From the IMG/VR virus record IMGVR_UViG_3300036884_000676: a stretch of DNA of 64,000 bases. The stretch is one strand, 5' to 3'. This stretch comes from a virus (taxonomy: Duplodnaviria > Heunggongvirae > Uroviricota > Caudoviricetes). The notes under the pieces were generated by a model. The model did not search any database, had not been told where the DNA came from, and saw nothing but the letters and a program-made list of their open reading frames with translations. Shown piece after piece: positions 18,288 through 27,930 of this stretch; the first letter of the stretch is position 1; every line of letters starts with the position of its first letter. Both the position numbers and the translations under genes were made by a program.

Positions 18288-18536
18288 TTACTTCTTCACA
18301 ACTTTCTTTGTTTTCTTTGTACATTTCTTTGTACATTTGGTAATAGAATCAGCCTTCTTAATAGAATCAGCCTTTTGAGTTAAAACTAAAACCTTCTGAA
18401 TTGAATCTTTCTTAATAGAATCAACTCTGATAGAATCTGTTTTTGCTTTAGCCACAGCTTCCTCTTTGACTGTGTTGTTACAAGCCGTAAAAGAAACAAT
18501 CATTAAAATACTTAAAATTGCAATTAACTTTTTCAT
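18288..18536 (-). CDS. small lipoprotein with K/DSI repeats (possible o-spanin-like)
   Basis: Signal peptide with lipobox MKKLIAILSILMIVSFTAC. Repeated DSIKK/ADSI units. C-terminal KCTKKCTKK arises from a 12-nt direct repeat at 18313..18336. Confidence 0.45.
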   Translation of the reverse strand: MKKLIAILSILMIVSFTACNNTVKEEAVAKAKTDSIRVDSIKKDSIQKVLVLTQKADSIKKADSITKCTKKCTKKTKKVVKK

Positions 18537-18703
18537 AATTTTTATTTGTTTTATTATTTTTTATACCTGTTATATCACAGGTTTCAATATTTGTTTTAAA
18601 AAATTTTAACATTTTTTAACATTTGTATATATATTATAATTTTTCCAAAAATTTTCCAAATTGGAAAACAATATATATTCTAATAAAACTAATCAGTGTT
18701 TTT

Positions 18704-19525
18704 ATGATAAGATATACTCAAATAAAAGAAATGTTAGACAAGAAGATAAATCAAAGAGAATACAACGATGTACTCAAGCAAATGGGAGTAATGAGCGAGG
18801 ATGGTAAGGTGGATCTTCAAAACATGAAGAAAAAAATCGGTGATTTCTTAGAAGTTGAATCCAATAGAACTAAATTTTTAAAAGAAGTTGAAGAAAATGA
18901 CATAGAGGGAGAAAAGGTCAAAATAAGGGCTAAGAAACTCAATCCCGGTCAGACAACCATTTACTTGGACCAAATTATATCAAGGATTCTAAGTAACGCA
19001 GAATTCGTCAAGGATGTTATTAAAGGTAAGTATAATGACAGAGATATCTTAATCAGTTCAGATAACTATATTATTGATGGTCATCACCGATGGGGTTCTG
19101 TATTTATCCTAAACCCAAAATGTAAAATTAAATGTACCAAAATTAATCTTCCAATAGAAAAGGCACTACCTATTTTGAATGCTATTTTAAAAGAATATCA
19201 ATCCAGAACTCAAGATCAAACTGGTGAACAGAAGTACAATCTTTATAAATTAGCAAAAGAGGAAAAATTACCAGATAAACTTCAAAAGATAATTAAAAAA
19301 ATGGCTGATGAAGATCCTTGGAGAACAGGTAAGGATAAAACTAAAATGGTTGAAGATCTCTATGAAAAAATCTTTCATAAAGATAAGAAAAAATTAAGTC
19401 CAACTGAATATCTAGCTAAAAACATTAAAAAAATTCCAAGTCCTCATAGTGAATTCACCGAGAGAAAGGAAATGCCACAATTAAAGAAAAAAGATGTTGA
19501 AAAAATAGTTAAGGAAAAAGATTAA
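18704..19525 (+). CDS. ParB-like nuclease domain protein
   Basis: ParB/Srx-fold motif DNYIIDGHHRW. The start is probably the internal Met at 18704, since the track start at 18623 adds an implausible hydrophobic leader. Confidence 0.5.
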   Translation: MIRYTQIKEMLDKKINQREYNDVLKQMGVMSEDGKVDLQNMKKKIGDFLEVESNRTKFLKEVEENDIEGEKVKIRAKKLNPGQTTIYLDQIISRILSNAEFVKDVIKGKYNDRDILISSDNYIIDGHHRWGSVFILNPKCKIKCTKINLPIEKALPILNAILKEYQSRTQDQTGEQKYNLYKLAKEEKLPDKLQKIIKKMADEDPWRTGKDKTKMVEDLYEKIFHKDKKKLSPTEYLAKNIKKIPSPHSEFTERKEMPQLKKKDVEKIVKEKD

Positions 19526-19555
19526 TGATGTCCCTTACCTTTATAATCAATCAAT

Positions 19556-20455
19556 CTAAAATTTTCTAATTTTTTCTACGAAGCTGAATAATTTTCTAAT
19601 ATATTCATCTTTCTTATATGAACTGGTCATTAAATAAACACAATAAACAAAATACATCATTTTATTAATTACAATATTTTCATTTATATTTTCTCCACCA
19701 ACTTGACGAAATTCTACATAGTTTTTATTGAATAATTTCCAAAAATTAATATTATAAGTTTTTTGAGTGGATGTAAATATTTTTTGAATAATTTGTTCAA
19801 TAAGGTTCTCTATTTGATTCTTATTCATGTCAGTTATATTTCTATTATTAGATGTCTTTTGATAATTTTTATCATTGTTTATTATCATCATAAAAATCTC
19901 AGTCTTTAAACTACTACAATATCCACAGGTTTTTCGAGCTTCAATGTTTTTAAATGTATAATCATCCGATAACATCATAACACCTTTAACAACATTCCAT
20001 CTTGATTTCGGTTTTTTTGTACCGATATTAATATGAATACTTGTTTTATCATTAAAAAACCATTTATTTTGTTTTTCAAAATCTTCGAAAAATATTTTAA
20101 TGAATTCTTTAGATTCTTGTAAGCTATGAAATGGTGGAGTTACAAATTCCATTCCAGATGAAACTGTCCCTTCATAATGATATTCCAAAATATCGAAATA
20201 TTTTCGGAAGAAATTTGGAAAATTATTTTTGATATCCATCACTTTTCTTCTATCCTGAATCGATAATACATTTAATTTCTTCGATTCATTGGTTATTATT
20301 TTTGGGGGAGTAGGTAGACTTCTAATTCTTCTATGGTCAGTGTCCATTTCAATTTCAAATCCGATGGTAAAATAGTCATCCAAAGTCTCTAACAACGAAA
20401 CATCTTTTTTCTGAAATTCCAAGAGAAATTCATCATATGTTCTAAAATTTTTCAT
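19556..20455 (-). CDS. CTS-leader protein (putative virion-packaged internal protein)
   Basis: N-terminus MKNFRTYDEFLLE|FQKK. 299 aa. First gene of a minus-strand operon with overlapping stops and starts. Confidence 0.5.
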   Translation of the reverse strand: MKNFRTYDEFLLEFQKKDVSLLETLDDYFTIGFEIEMDTDHRRIRSLPTPPKIITNESKKLNVLSIQDRRKVMDIKNNFPNFFRKYFDILEYHYEGTVSSGMEFVTPPFHSLQESKEFIKIFFEDFEKQNKWFFNDKTSIHINIGTKKPKSRWNVVKGVMMLSDDYTFKNIEARKTCGYCSSLKTEIFMMIINNDKNYQKTSNNRNITDMNKNQIENLIEQIIQKIFTSTQKTYNINFWKLFNKNYVEFRQVGGENINENIVINKMMYFVYCVYLMTSSYKKDEYIRKLFSFVEKIRKF

Positions 20456-20892
20456 AAATATCTTATTGATGTTTCTTTTGTTATTTTTTCTTTGAATACT
20501 TCTTTAAATTTACTTGAATCAATTCCCATAATTACAAATGTTCCTACTGCATTGTAAGAATCTAACCATGTTTCAAAAAATGATCTGTTCCCATCATCAT
20601 CATCAACTACCCATTCTAAATTTAATATTTCTTCATCTATCACAATTTCAAACACGACAGCCGTTAATTTATCGTATTCCTTATCCCCATTATGTATCAT
20701 TCCCTCTGTTCGACTTATAGCGTGATATTGAGCATGTTCTTCTTCATCTGTTACAAATAAATAACTTTTCTCCAATTCTCTCCAAGTTTCTAAGGTAGTA
20801 CCATGATACATTTTTTTACCAAATAATTCTTCTTTGGTTTTTATGTTGGTAGATTCAAGTAAAAAGTCTTTAAATGTTTTAAAATGGTCCAT
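20452..20892 (-). CDS. CTS-leader H-G-T motif protein (ART-fold-like paralog)
   Basis: N-terminus MDHFKTFKDFLLE|S, then KKMYHGTT. Confidence 0.5.
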   Translation of the reverse strand: MDHFKTFKDFLLESTNIKTKEELFGKKMYHGTTLETWRELEKSYLFVTDEEEHAQYHAISRTEGMIHNGDKEYDKLTAVVFEIVIDEEILNLEWVVDDDDGNRSFFETWLDSYNAVGTFVIMGIDSSKFKEVFKEKITKETSIRYL

Positions 20893-21472
20893 CTATGAAT
20901 TTTATATTCTTTTTATCATATACTCCATATGATATGCCATAATCCTCTTTTTCAGTTATATAATCTGTTAAAGAATTTTGAAAATATTGAAATGAATTGT
21001 ATTTCAAATAATTATGTATGAAATAATCGAAATACTTACTTGATTCTACATGACGAGTGTATATGGTATCAAAAAATTCTCCCATCTGAATAGTATCTTT
21101 AAATTCACTTTCAAAATTATAATTCTGTAATTCTCTCAAATATGTTGGATTCTTATTCTCTAATATGATACGAAAATCATTTAAAAGACGGTTCGCTTCA
21201 AATACTGGTATCTCACGATTCATGTCCAATAAAGGTTCTTCCAATGTTATTTCAAATTTACAAGTATATATTTTTTTACCTCCCCTCATCGGATAAAATC
21301 TTATATCTGGACTGCTGGAAAAATAAATGGCACGACCAAATATGGAAATATCACTACTATGGTCCATTTTGAAATCAGCTTTTAACATATGTTCCAATTG
21401 GTTAGATAAGTGATAAGCTATTACTTTCTTACCCCCCTTAGCTTCCAATAAAAATTCAGTAAATGTTTTCAT
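20879..21472 (-). CDS. CTS-leader protein
   Basis: N-terminus MKTFTEFLLE|AKGG, nearly identical to the T4 internal-protein CTS MKTYQEFIAE. Downstream AYHLSN...GRAIYFSSSPD resembles the H-G-[ST] paralog family. Confidence 0.55.
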   Translation of the reverse strand: MKTFTEFLLEAKGGKKVIAYHLSNQLEHMLKADFKMDHSSDISIFGRAIYFSSSPDIRFYPMRGGKKIYTCKFEITLEEPLLDMNREIPVFEANRLLNDFRIILENKNPTYLRELQNYNFESEFKDTIQMGEFFDTIYTRHVESSKYFDYFIHNYLKYNSFQYFQNSLTDYITEKEDYGISYGVYDKKNIKFIDGPF

Positions 21473-21717
21473 ATTTTGTATTTATCAATTACATCTTGTA
21501 ATTCTTTCTTAAATTGTTCTATGGTATCACCAGCTATTACACAAATTGTTCCCTCACTTACCACTCTTACTTCAGTATCAGAAACCTCACTACCATACAA
21601 ATCAGAAATGAGTTCCACTTCAACACCAGTTATTTCAGTTCCGAAATGAAATCTATCAGTTCTGGCTTTTGCTCTGTACTCTTTTTCTTCTTTTACAAAT
21701 TGAGTAAATCTTTTCAT
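21469..21717 (-). CDS. CTS-leader small protein
   Basis: N-terminus MKRFTQFVKE|E. 82 aa. Confidence 0.45.
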   Translation of the reverse strand: MKRFTQFVKEEKEYRAKARTDRFHFGTEITGVEVELISDLYGSEVSDTEVRVVSEGTICVIAGDTIEQFKKELQDVIDKYKI

Positions 21718-21729
21718 AATAATTATCCT

Positions 21730-21927
21730 TTATTTTTCAATGAAATTTTTACGGATGTAATCAGCCGCGTCATATAATCCAAAATGATTGGCTACATGAT
21801 ATAAATCTTGCATTTGTTCAGATAGTGAATCCTGTCTTTGTGGAAGTTTTTGGATTTTTTTTAATTCCTTATGACCCAACCATTCGGAATTTTCCTTGAG
21901 TAAATCTGAAAATTTATCCATAAACAC
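21730..21927 (-). CDS. hypothetical protein
   Basis: 65-aa ORF at the head of the minus-strand cluster. Confidence 0.3.
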   Translation of the reverse strand: MFMDKFSDLLKENSEWLGHKELKKIQKLPQRQDSLSEQMQDLYHVANHFGLYDAADYIRKNFIEK

Positions 21928-21991
21928 TAAATTTATTTCGCTTTATATATTAAAATGTTAAACCAGTAATTAGTTTTCATCTATAAAAAGA

Positions 21992-22513
21992 ATGAGGACT
22001 TTATTAATTATATTACTATTAATGTTTTGTATCACTACAAAATCACAAACGGGATTGGGTGATTTTAAATTAAACAAAACGAAAGTGGATTTTGTTATTT
22101 CTAAATATCCATGTATTAAAGAAATAACAGATTCTACGGATTGCCCTCTTGTTAGAAAATTTGTATGTCAAAGATACAAGATGCTAAATATTGATATATT
22201 GAATATACGATTGATTTTTTATAATGATATTCTTATTGATTTCAAATGTGATAGAGATCCATTAATTGAAAAATATTTTGTTTCTAAACATGGTAGACCC
22301 CACATAAAGCAAGATAACCATTCAGTTATCTTCGAAAATGTTTCTTATTCAGAAGAAATTAACGAATTTAAATGGATTGATAAAAATATAACTACTATTT
22401 CTACTTATACTAAACAATTTAATGAATTTTTTAATATCATAGTAGATAGTTATTTTAATATATATATCAAAGACATAGAAAAAATAACAAATTGTAATGG
22501 ACATAACAATTGA
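21992..22513 (+). CDS. secreted hypothetical protein
   Basis: N-terminal signal peptide MRTLLIILLLMFCITTKSQ. Confidence 0.45.
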   Translation: MRTLLIILLLMFCITTKSQTGLGDFKLNKTKVDFVISKYPCIKEITDSTDCPLVRKFVCQRYKMLNIDILNIRLIFYNDILIDFKCDRDPLIEKYFVSKHGRPHIKQDNHSVIFENVSYSEEINEFKWIDKNITTISTYTKQFNEFFNIIVDSYFNIYIKDIEKITNCNGHNN

Positions 22514-22904
22514 ACAACTTCAAAAAGATACCGAATTAACCCTTGAATTCATATATTCAGTAAGAATAGTTGAATCCTTATCTAAGGTAAATCTCAAAAC
22601 TGATTGTGATAAACAAGAAGCTATAAAAATGTTGGAAAGAACATTTTTGGAATACAAAGAGAAACTGAATAAGTAAAACAATCTTTCTGTTTTTTCCTAT
22701 AATGATATTATGAGTGAAAGGGAATCAAATATTTCAATTCTTTATGATGGAAAATTTTTTGATAACGAAGAAGAATTTCAAAATTATACAAGAAAAGAAA
22801 AATTAGATAATATTTTAAGATAATAAAGAACTCCCAGAAAATAAAGGTATTTGGGTAAATAATTCTATTGTTAGAATTACAAAAGTTCCAGAATATGATA
22901 TAAC

Positions 22905-23114
22905 ATGACAGAAGAAGATAAAATAAACGATTCATTTCTTTTCACGAAGAAAAAGAAGTTTTTTATGGTATTTTATAAAGGGATTACATTCACCGATGAA
23001 GAATCACTTTTAAATTTTGAAAGAAAAGAAAAGTTAGATAATATCTTGGATGATAAAGAATTGAAAGATGGATACCAATATAATTTTGAATTTCCAGATA
23101 ATTTAGATTTATGA
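22905..23114 (+). CDS. small hypothetical protein (partial duplicate of the upstream mini-ORF)
   Basis: Shares ...F.....EE....F.RKEKLDNIL with a 37-aa ORF at about 22707..22820. Confidence 0.3.
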   Translation: MTEEDKINDSFLFTKKKKFFMVFYKGITFTDEESLLNFERKEKLDNILDDKELKDGYQYNFEFPDNLDL

Positions 23115-24199
23115 TAGATGAATTATACATATCTAAATCGTTTTGTTGTATAGGTCGAAATACTAAGAATTGTTTGGGTTGTGCCTTTTGTAGAGTATCC
23201 CAGAATAATACTGAATTCGAATATTCATGTCTACCATCCAAAATCAATAAAAATTTCATCAATCTACCCATTTCAATTAATTTATTTTATGGTGATCCAT
23301 TGATTCAAAGAGACAAAACACTAAAGTATTTACATAAATTAGAAAAAGAAAATCATAAAGGTCCGGTTGTTATAATTACAAAGGGTGAATTATTAGATTT
23401 CGATTTACCGAATGATATCAATCTTGATTTACATTTGGCTTTTTCAACTTTTGGTATTGATCATGAGTTTGATAGATATTCAAACAAACGATTATCATAT
23501 AATTTACGAGTAGCAAATTTTAGAAAATATAAATATCATAAATCCATTGAATTTAGGCCAATTTGTTATGGAATAAACGATTCATTTGAAACTATTAAAA
23601 ATGTATTCAGTATTGCTAAAGATTTTAATATTGCAATTGGTTATTCTGGATTACAAGGTATTCCTGAGGTAGTAAAATATTGGGAAGAAAGCAATATAGA
23701 TTTGAAACCATATCCCGGATTTAAATTTGGACATAAGAAATCAATTTCTAATGATGTTCAACAGATATTTGATGAGTTATCAGATTTATACAATATTCCA
23801 ATATTTAGAAAAACATCCTGTTTAATATCTTATACACACGATTTAGAAAGAGATTACAATGCTCATTATTATCGTCCCACTGAAATGAATTGTGAAAAAT
23901 GTGTGATGAAAGATAAATGTTTTGGTTTTAAAAATAATCAACCAACTGATATTAAACATTTGATTCCTTTTGATTTTGAAATTAAGATGAAAACTAATCA
24001 TGAATGTATCTTAAAGAAAAAAGGTATATGTGAATTTCCATCGGATGATTGTTCAAGAATTTCAGGAAATATTTTAGTTATCAAGGAAAAATTGACAACT
24101 GCGGATGTCAGAGTTATTAAATGGTTAACAGGATTTACAGTGGATGCTGATTTTTATGAAAGTTCATTATTGAATGATAAATGGAGAATGAAAAAATAA
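23111..24199 (+). CDS. Cys-rich protein, possible Fe-S enzyme
   Basis: N-terminal CCIGRNTKNCLGCAFC cluster (CxxCxxC) and C-terminal CEKCVMKDKC and CEFPSDDC. There is no canonical radical-SAM CxxxCxxC. Confidence 0.4.
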   Translation: MIDELYISKSFCCIGRNTKNCLGCAFCRVSQNNTEFEYSCLPSKINKNFINLPISINLFYGDPLIQRDKTLKYLHKLEKENHKGPVVIITKGELLDFDLPNDINLDLHLAFSTFGIDHEFDRYSNKRLSYNLRVANFRKYKYHKSIEFRPICYGINDSFETIKNVFSIAKDFNIAIGYSGLQGIPEVVKYWEESNIDLKPYPGFKFGHKKSISNDVQQIFDELSDLYNIPIFRKTSCLISYTHDLERDYNAHYYRPTEMNCEKCVMKDKCFGFKNNQPTDIKHLIPFDFEIKMKTNHECILKKKGICEFPSDDCSRISGNILVIKEKLTTADVRVIKWLTGFTVDADFYESSLLNDKWRMKK

Positions 24200-24208
24200 A
24201 ATAGAAAT

Positions 24209-24427
24209 ATGAAAGAAGAAATAGAAAATTCGATTGAAAAAGAATGGGAAGAAATAACTCGAATCAGAGAAGAAAAAATAGTTCATCCTGACGGTACATG
24301 CAGTGGTAGTATTGGTTATGGTGGTGTAACTGGTAGTGATGGAAAAGAAATGAAGATTGAAGATTTCGTTAATCATAAAAGGTCAGAAAGACTTGATGAA
24401 ATATTAGATACAGAAAAAGATGATTGA
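24209..24427 (+). CDS. hypothetical protein
   Basis: 72-aa ORF. Confidence 0.3.
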   Translation: MKEEIENSIEKEWEEITRIREEKIVHPDGTCSGSIGYGGVTGSDGKEMKIEDFVNHKRSERLDEILDTEKDD

Positions 24428-24644
24428 AAAATGCGATGAATTAACTGGTGTATTTAATATTCCAATATATAAAGATCAATATGCTGAGAAGAATACTTTT
24501 CTCATTGGTAGACAAACTGGAGGTAAAGCCAATTTTATAGTAATGAACTCTGAAACTTGTGACCAAATGGTTGAGTTATGGAACGAACAGTTTATTAATG
24601 ATGAAAGATTTAAAAAATTAAAAGAAATTTTAGAAGAATTATGA
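24420..24644 (+). CDS. hypothetical protein
   Basis: 74-aa ORF with an overlapping start. Confidence 0.3.
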   Translation: MIEKCDELTGVFNIPIYKDQYAEKNTFLIGRQTGGKANFIVMNSETCDQMVELWNEQFINDERFKKLKEILEEL

Positions 24645-24958
24645 CAACACAAATAAATCAAACACGAGAAGAACATTTAAAGATTATCGAAAAAAATAAC
24701 AATGTAAAGGGGGTCGGTGTACTTCTTTTCGATAATTCATTTACTATTGATGATAAATATTTACATAAACAAATTGAAGGTCAATCTTTTACTAAGTATA
24801 TCATTCCAGATATTAACTATCAAGATATTATTGATATGGGTGAAAAATCAATCTGTTTTAAATTCATTCCATATAATGTAACAATAAAAATAGGTGGTGT
24901 TGAATATGAATTTAATTCATATAATGATATTCCGAAAGATCAATGGTTTTGTAGATAA
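24641..24958 (+). CDS. hypothetical protein
   Basis: 105-aa ORF. Confidence 0.35.
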   Translation: MTTQINQTREEHLKIIEKNNNVKGVGVLLFDNSFTIDDKYLHKQIEGQSFTKYIIPDINYQDIIDMGEKSICFKFIPYNVTIKIGGVEYEFNSYNDIPKDQWFCR

Positions 24959-24979
24959 TTTTTTAATTCAAAAAAATTT

Positions 24980-25010
24980 GTTAACTTCGTAAGTTAACCT
25001 AAATATAAAT
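24980..25010 (+). promoter_or_regulatory. perfect palindrome GTTAACTTCGTAAGTTAAC followed by a TATAAAT box upstream of PTH2
   Basis: 8-bp arms with a 3-nt centre. TATAAAT at 25004..25010 is a T4 late-promoter-like TATAAATA lookalike. The motif AACTTCGTAA plus ATATAAAT recurs at 35741..35760 upstream of csp. Confidence 0.35.
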
Positions 25011-25014
25011 TTTT

Positions 25015-25431
25015 ATGGAAAAACCGAAACAAGTAATTGTTATGAGGAAAGACCTCAATATGAGAAAAGGTAAAATGGTATCTCAGGGCGCTCATGCCTC
25101 TTTTAAAGCCTTTTTGGATTTATGTGAAAAAGAAAACAGAATAAATTTGGAAACTGGTGAATGGAAGATGATTATCTTTCGATATAGAGGGGATGGTCCT
25201 TGGGATCAATGGTTGAATGGTATATTCACAAAAGTTGTTGTTAGTTGTGATAGTGAATCAGAATTACTTGATTTATATCAAAAATCCAAAGATAAAGGAT
25301 TACCTTGTTCTTTGATTACGGACTCTGGTCTGACCGAATTTGATGGTGTTCCAACGAATACTTGTATTGCAATAGGGCCATCTTATCCAGAAACAATAGA
25401 TGAAATAACAGGACATTTGAAATTATTATGA
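25015..25431 (+). CDS. pth2: peptidyl-tRNA hydrolase, PTH2 family
   Basis: VIVMRKDLNMRKGKMVSQGAHAS matches the PTH2 N-terminal signature (V.V.R.DL.MGKGK.AAQ..HA). Confidence 0.75.
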   Translation: MEKPKQVIVMRKDLNMRKGKMVSQGAHASFKAFLDLCEKENRINLETGEWKMIIFRYRGDGPWDQWLNGIFTKVVVSCDSESELLDLYQKSKDKGLPCSLITDSGLTEFDGVPTNTCIAIGPSYPETIDEITGHLKLL

Positions 25432-25811
25432 AAAACATCGAAGTTGATTTAAAATTCTATGCCGTCAGAAGTAAAGACGGAAAATGGCTGAGGACTAAGG
25501 GATATAGTGGTAGTGGAGATAGTTGGGTAGATGATATAAAGAAAGCTAAGATATATCCAAGGATAGGCCCTGCAAGAAGTCAAGTTACTTGGTGGTCGAA
25601 TAATTATCCTGATTATGGTATTCCAGAACTGATAGAATTACATTGTACCAATGGTATCATTCTGGAAGAAAAGGAAAGGGTTCAAAAGGCCATTGAAAAA
25701 AAGAAACAGGATATAATCAATGCCGAGATAAGTCATAGAGAATGGGAAATAGAACAAGCCCAAAACCAATTGAAAAAAGCTCAGAAAAAATTGAAGGAAT
25801 TGAAAAAATGA
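25428..25811 (+). CDS. hypothetical protein with C-terminal coiled coil
   Basis: 127 aa, ending in K/E/Q-rich heptads. Confidence 0.35.
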   Translation: MKNIEVDLKFYAVRSKDGKWLRTKGYSGSGDSWVDDIKKAKIYPRIGPARSQVTWWSNNYPDYGIPELIELHCTNGIILEEKERVQKAIEKKKQDIINAEISHREWEIEQAQNQLKKAQKKLKELKK

Positions 25812-26266
25812 TACGAAAATCGGGGAAAAATATAACCACAACCGAAAGTGAAGAAGAATTAGAATTAAATCAATTTATCAATAACTTTCTTTCAAGGGAT
25901 ATACCATTCAAAGATAAAATTTTGGATTCTTTTCTGAGTGATAAATTAGATCCCCAGAGTAAAATTATAATTCGAGGATATGATAAGAAAAATGATAGAA
26001 TTTTACATGAACAATCGGATAATATCGGTGAAGTAGAAACATCGAGTAAATTTTTAGGATGTCGTTTCAGAAAAGTAAAATTACAAATTAGATTAGAAAC
26101 AATCGATGATATCAATAATCTAATTAAATTTTTAGAATATATAAGGCCGTGTTTAGGTGAGGATTCAGATGAACAGAATATCAATGAAAACAGAAAAAGA
26201 ACACTAAAAAAGATATTAAATGAACCAGATAACTTTCCAAAAATTAATTGGAACGGGGGATATTGA
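25808..26266 (+). CDS. hypothetical protein
   Basis: The likely start is the ATG at 25808 (MIRKSGKN), which forms an ATGA junction with the upstream stop. The track ORF begins at 25742. Confidence 0.35.
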   Translation: MIRKSGKNITTTESEEELELNQFINNFLSRDIPFKDKILDSFLSDKLDPQSKIIIRGYDKKNDRILHEQSDNIGEVETSSKFLGCRFRKVKLQIRLETIDDINNLIKFLEYIRPCLGEDSDEQNINENRKRTLKKILNEPDNFPKINWNGGY

Positions 26267-27143
26267 TTATTTTTTAGAATGATGATTGTGTGGTTCAACA
26301 TGAATAGTCACATCAGTAAAGGGTTGAACCTTTTTTATTTTTTCTTCTAAATCATCAGATATTTCATGTGCCTCAACCAATGTAATACATCCAACATGAA
26401 TGGTGACATCAACATAGTAGATATGTCCAGATTGTCTTATTTTAAATCCATGATAACATTTAATATCATCTCCATAATTCTTTATGACATCTTCAATATC
26501 TTTAGCTACATCAAAGGGTACTTTATCAAGTAAAGAATCTACGGCTTTTCTTCCAAGTCGGTATGATACATGAATAACAATCAATGCGACAAACAAAGCG
26601 GCAACGGAGTCAGCATAGAACAACCATCTCATACCAACCAACTTACCTATCGTCACACATATCAAACCGAAAAGAACAACCGATGAACTCCATATGTCTG
26701 TTGAAAAATGAATGGCGTCGGCTTCCAATGCTGGACTGTTGTATTTTTTAGCTGTCCTATGAAGTTTACGGGATCTCCAAAGATGTTATGACGATGATAT
26801 AACTGAATACACTTATCTTTATATCAACATTTCCATTGATTAATCGGTGAATAGATTCCCAACAAATCCAGAAACAGGTTATAAACAGAAGGAATGTTTC
26901 AATTAGGGCTGAAAAATTTTCAATCTTACCATGTCCATAATGATGATCCTTATCGGCCTCTTTAACTGACGCCTTGACAGCATATAAGGTAATCAAAGCG
27001 GCGACTAAATCCAATCCCGAATGGAGTGCCTCGGATAAAATACCCAAACTGTTTGTCCAAGTTCCTATCCCCAATTTAAATGTGGTTAGAAAAATGGCCG
27101 CAAATACAGAAATGAGAGCTACTTTTCGTTTCTCGTGTTTCAT
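26267..27143 (-). pseudogene. cation diffusion facilitator (CDF) transporter gene interrupted by a frameshift
   Basis: Two adjacent minus-strand ORFs in different frames. The N-terminal ORF (26766..27143) has the TM2 motif SEALHSGLD. The C-terminal ORF (26267..26728) has the TM5 motif ADAIHFSTD and the cytoplasmic domain. The 37-nt gap contains a T6 homopolymer. Confidence 0.6.
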
Positions 27144-27451
27144 TTCTTTCTCTTTTTTATGGGAGTGGCTGGCTTCCTGAATTCTCTTTTCTGATATCTA
27201 CTTTTTCTACTATCAGTAAAAAAATTATAATCAGAAATGTTTATTACTGGTAAAGGTGGAAGTGATCTTAATTCCATGATTGGTTCATTACTGATAACCA
27301 GATCTCCGACTATTCCTTTTTCTTTTAATTCATTTAAATTTTCAACATGGATAATTTCGATTTCGGCACCATCCAACTTTCCAACGATTTCAAGAGTACG
27401 GAGTTGTGCACTACCAATTGGTCCGATTCCGATTACTATAATATTATCCAT
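27140..27451 (-). CDS. small Rossmann-like (TrkA-N/RCK-like) domain protein
   Basis: NIIVIGIGPIGSA glycine-rich dinucleotide-binding motif. Its stop overlaps the CDF start. Confidence 0.35.
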   Translation of the reverse strand: MDNIIVIGIGPIGSAQLRTLEIVGKLDGAEIEIIHVENLNELKEKGIVGDLVISNEPIMELRSLPPLPVINISDYNFFTDSRKSRYQKREFRKPATPIKKRKK

Positions 27452-27840
27452 TATTTAAGGATTTCGAGATCTTTATCTGTTGGTTTGTTCGATACCATAT
27501 ACAAAATGGGAATCACTTTGAGAAAGTATATTGTGGTTTCTTTTGAAAAAGATTCGATTTTATCCAATGAACCATCGACAAGCTTGAATTTACTTTCGTA
27601 ATTGGTTACTGTATGGAACAGGGATAACAGGGGTTTGAAAAGGAATTGAAGTGTAATCTGACAACGAATTTTAAACCTCATTAATGGTTTGAAATTTATT
27701 AATACAAAATCAGACTTCATTTTCTGGTTAAACTCCTTATAGAGTTTGAAATACATCGGATAACCACCATTCCTGTTGGTCTGTTTATTCCGAATCTCTT
27801 TTTCAATGATTTCTCTTTTATAAATTCCGGGAAGTTCCAT
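27451..27840 (-). CDS. hypothetical protein
   Basis: 129-aa ORF. Confidence 0.35.
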   Translation of the reverse strand: MELPGIYKREIIEKEIRNKQTNRNGGYPMYFKLYKEFNQKMKSDFVLINFKPLMRFKIRCQITLQFLFKPLLSLFHTVTNYESKFKLVDGSLDKIESFSKETTIYFLKVIPILYMVSNKPTDKDLEILK

Positions 27841-27930
27841 TGTTTTTGATTTTTATGACTACAAAATTACGGCTTTTTTGTGAAATAAAAAAATTTCAAC
27901 AAACATAAATTGATAAAATATATAAAAATA

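Noticed and set aside
23111-24199. Radical SAM assignment for the 362-aa Cys-rich ORF
   Set aside because: The Cys cluster is CxxCxxC rather than CxxxCxxC, and no GGE or ribose motifs were seen. Kept only as a possible Fe-S protein.
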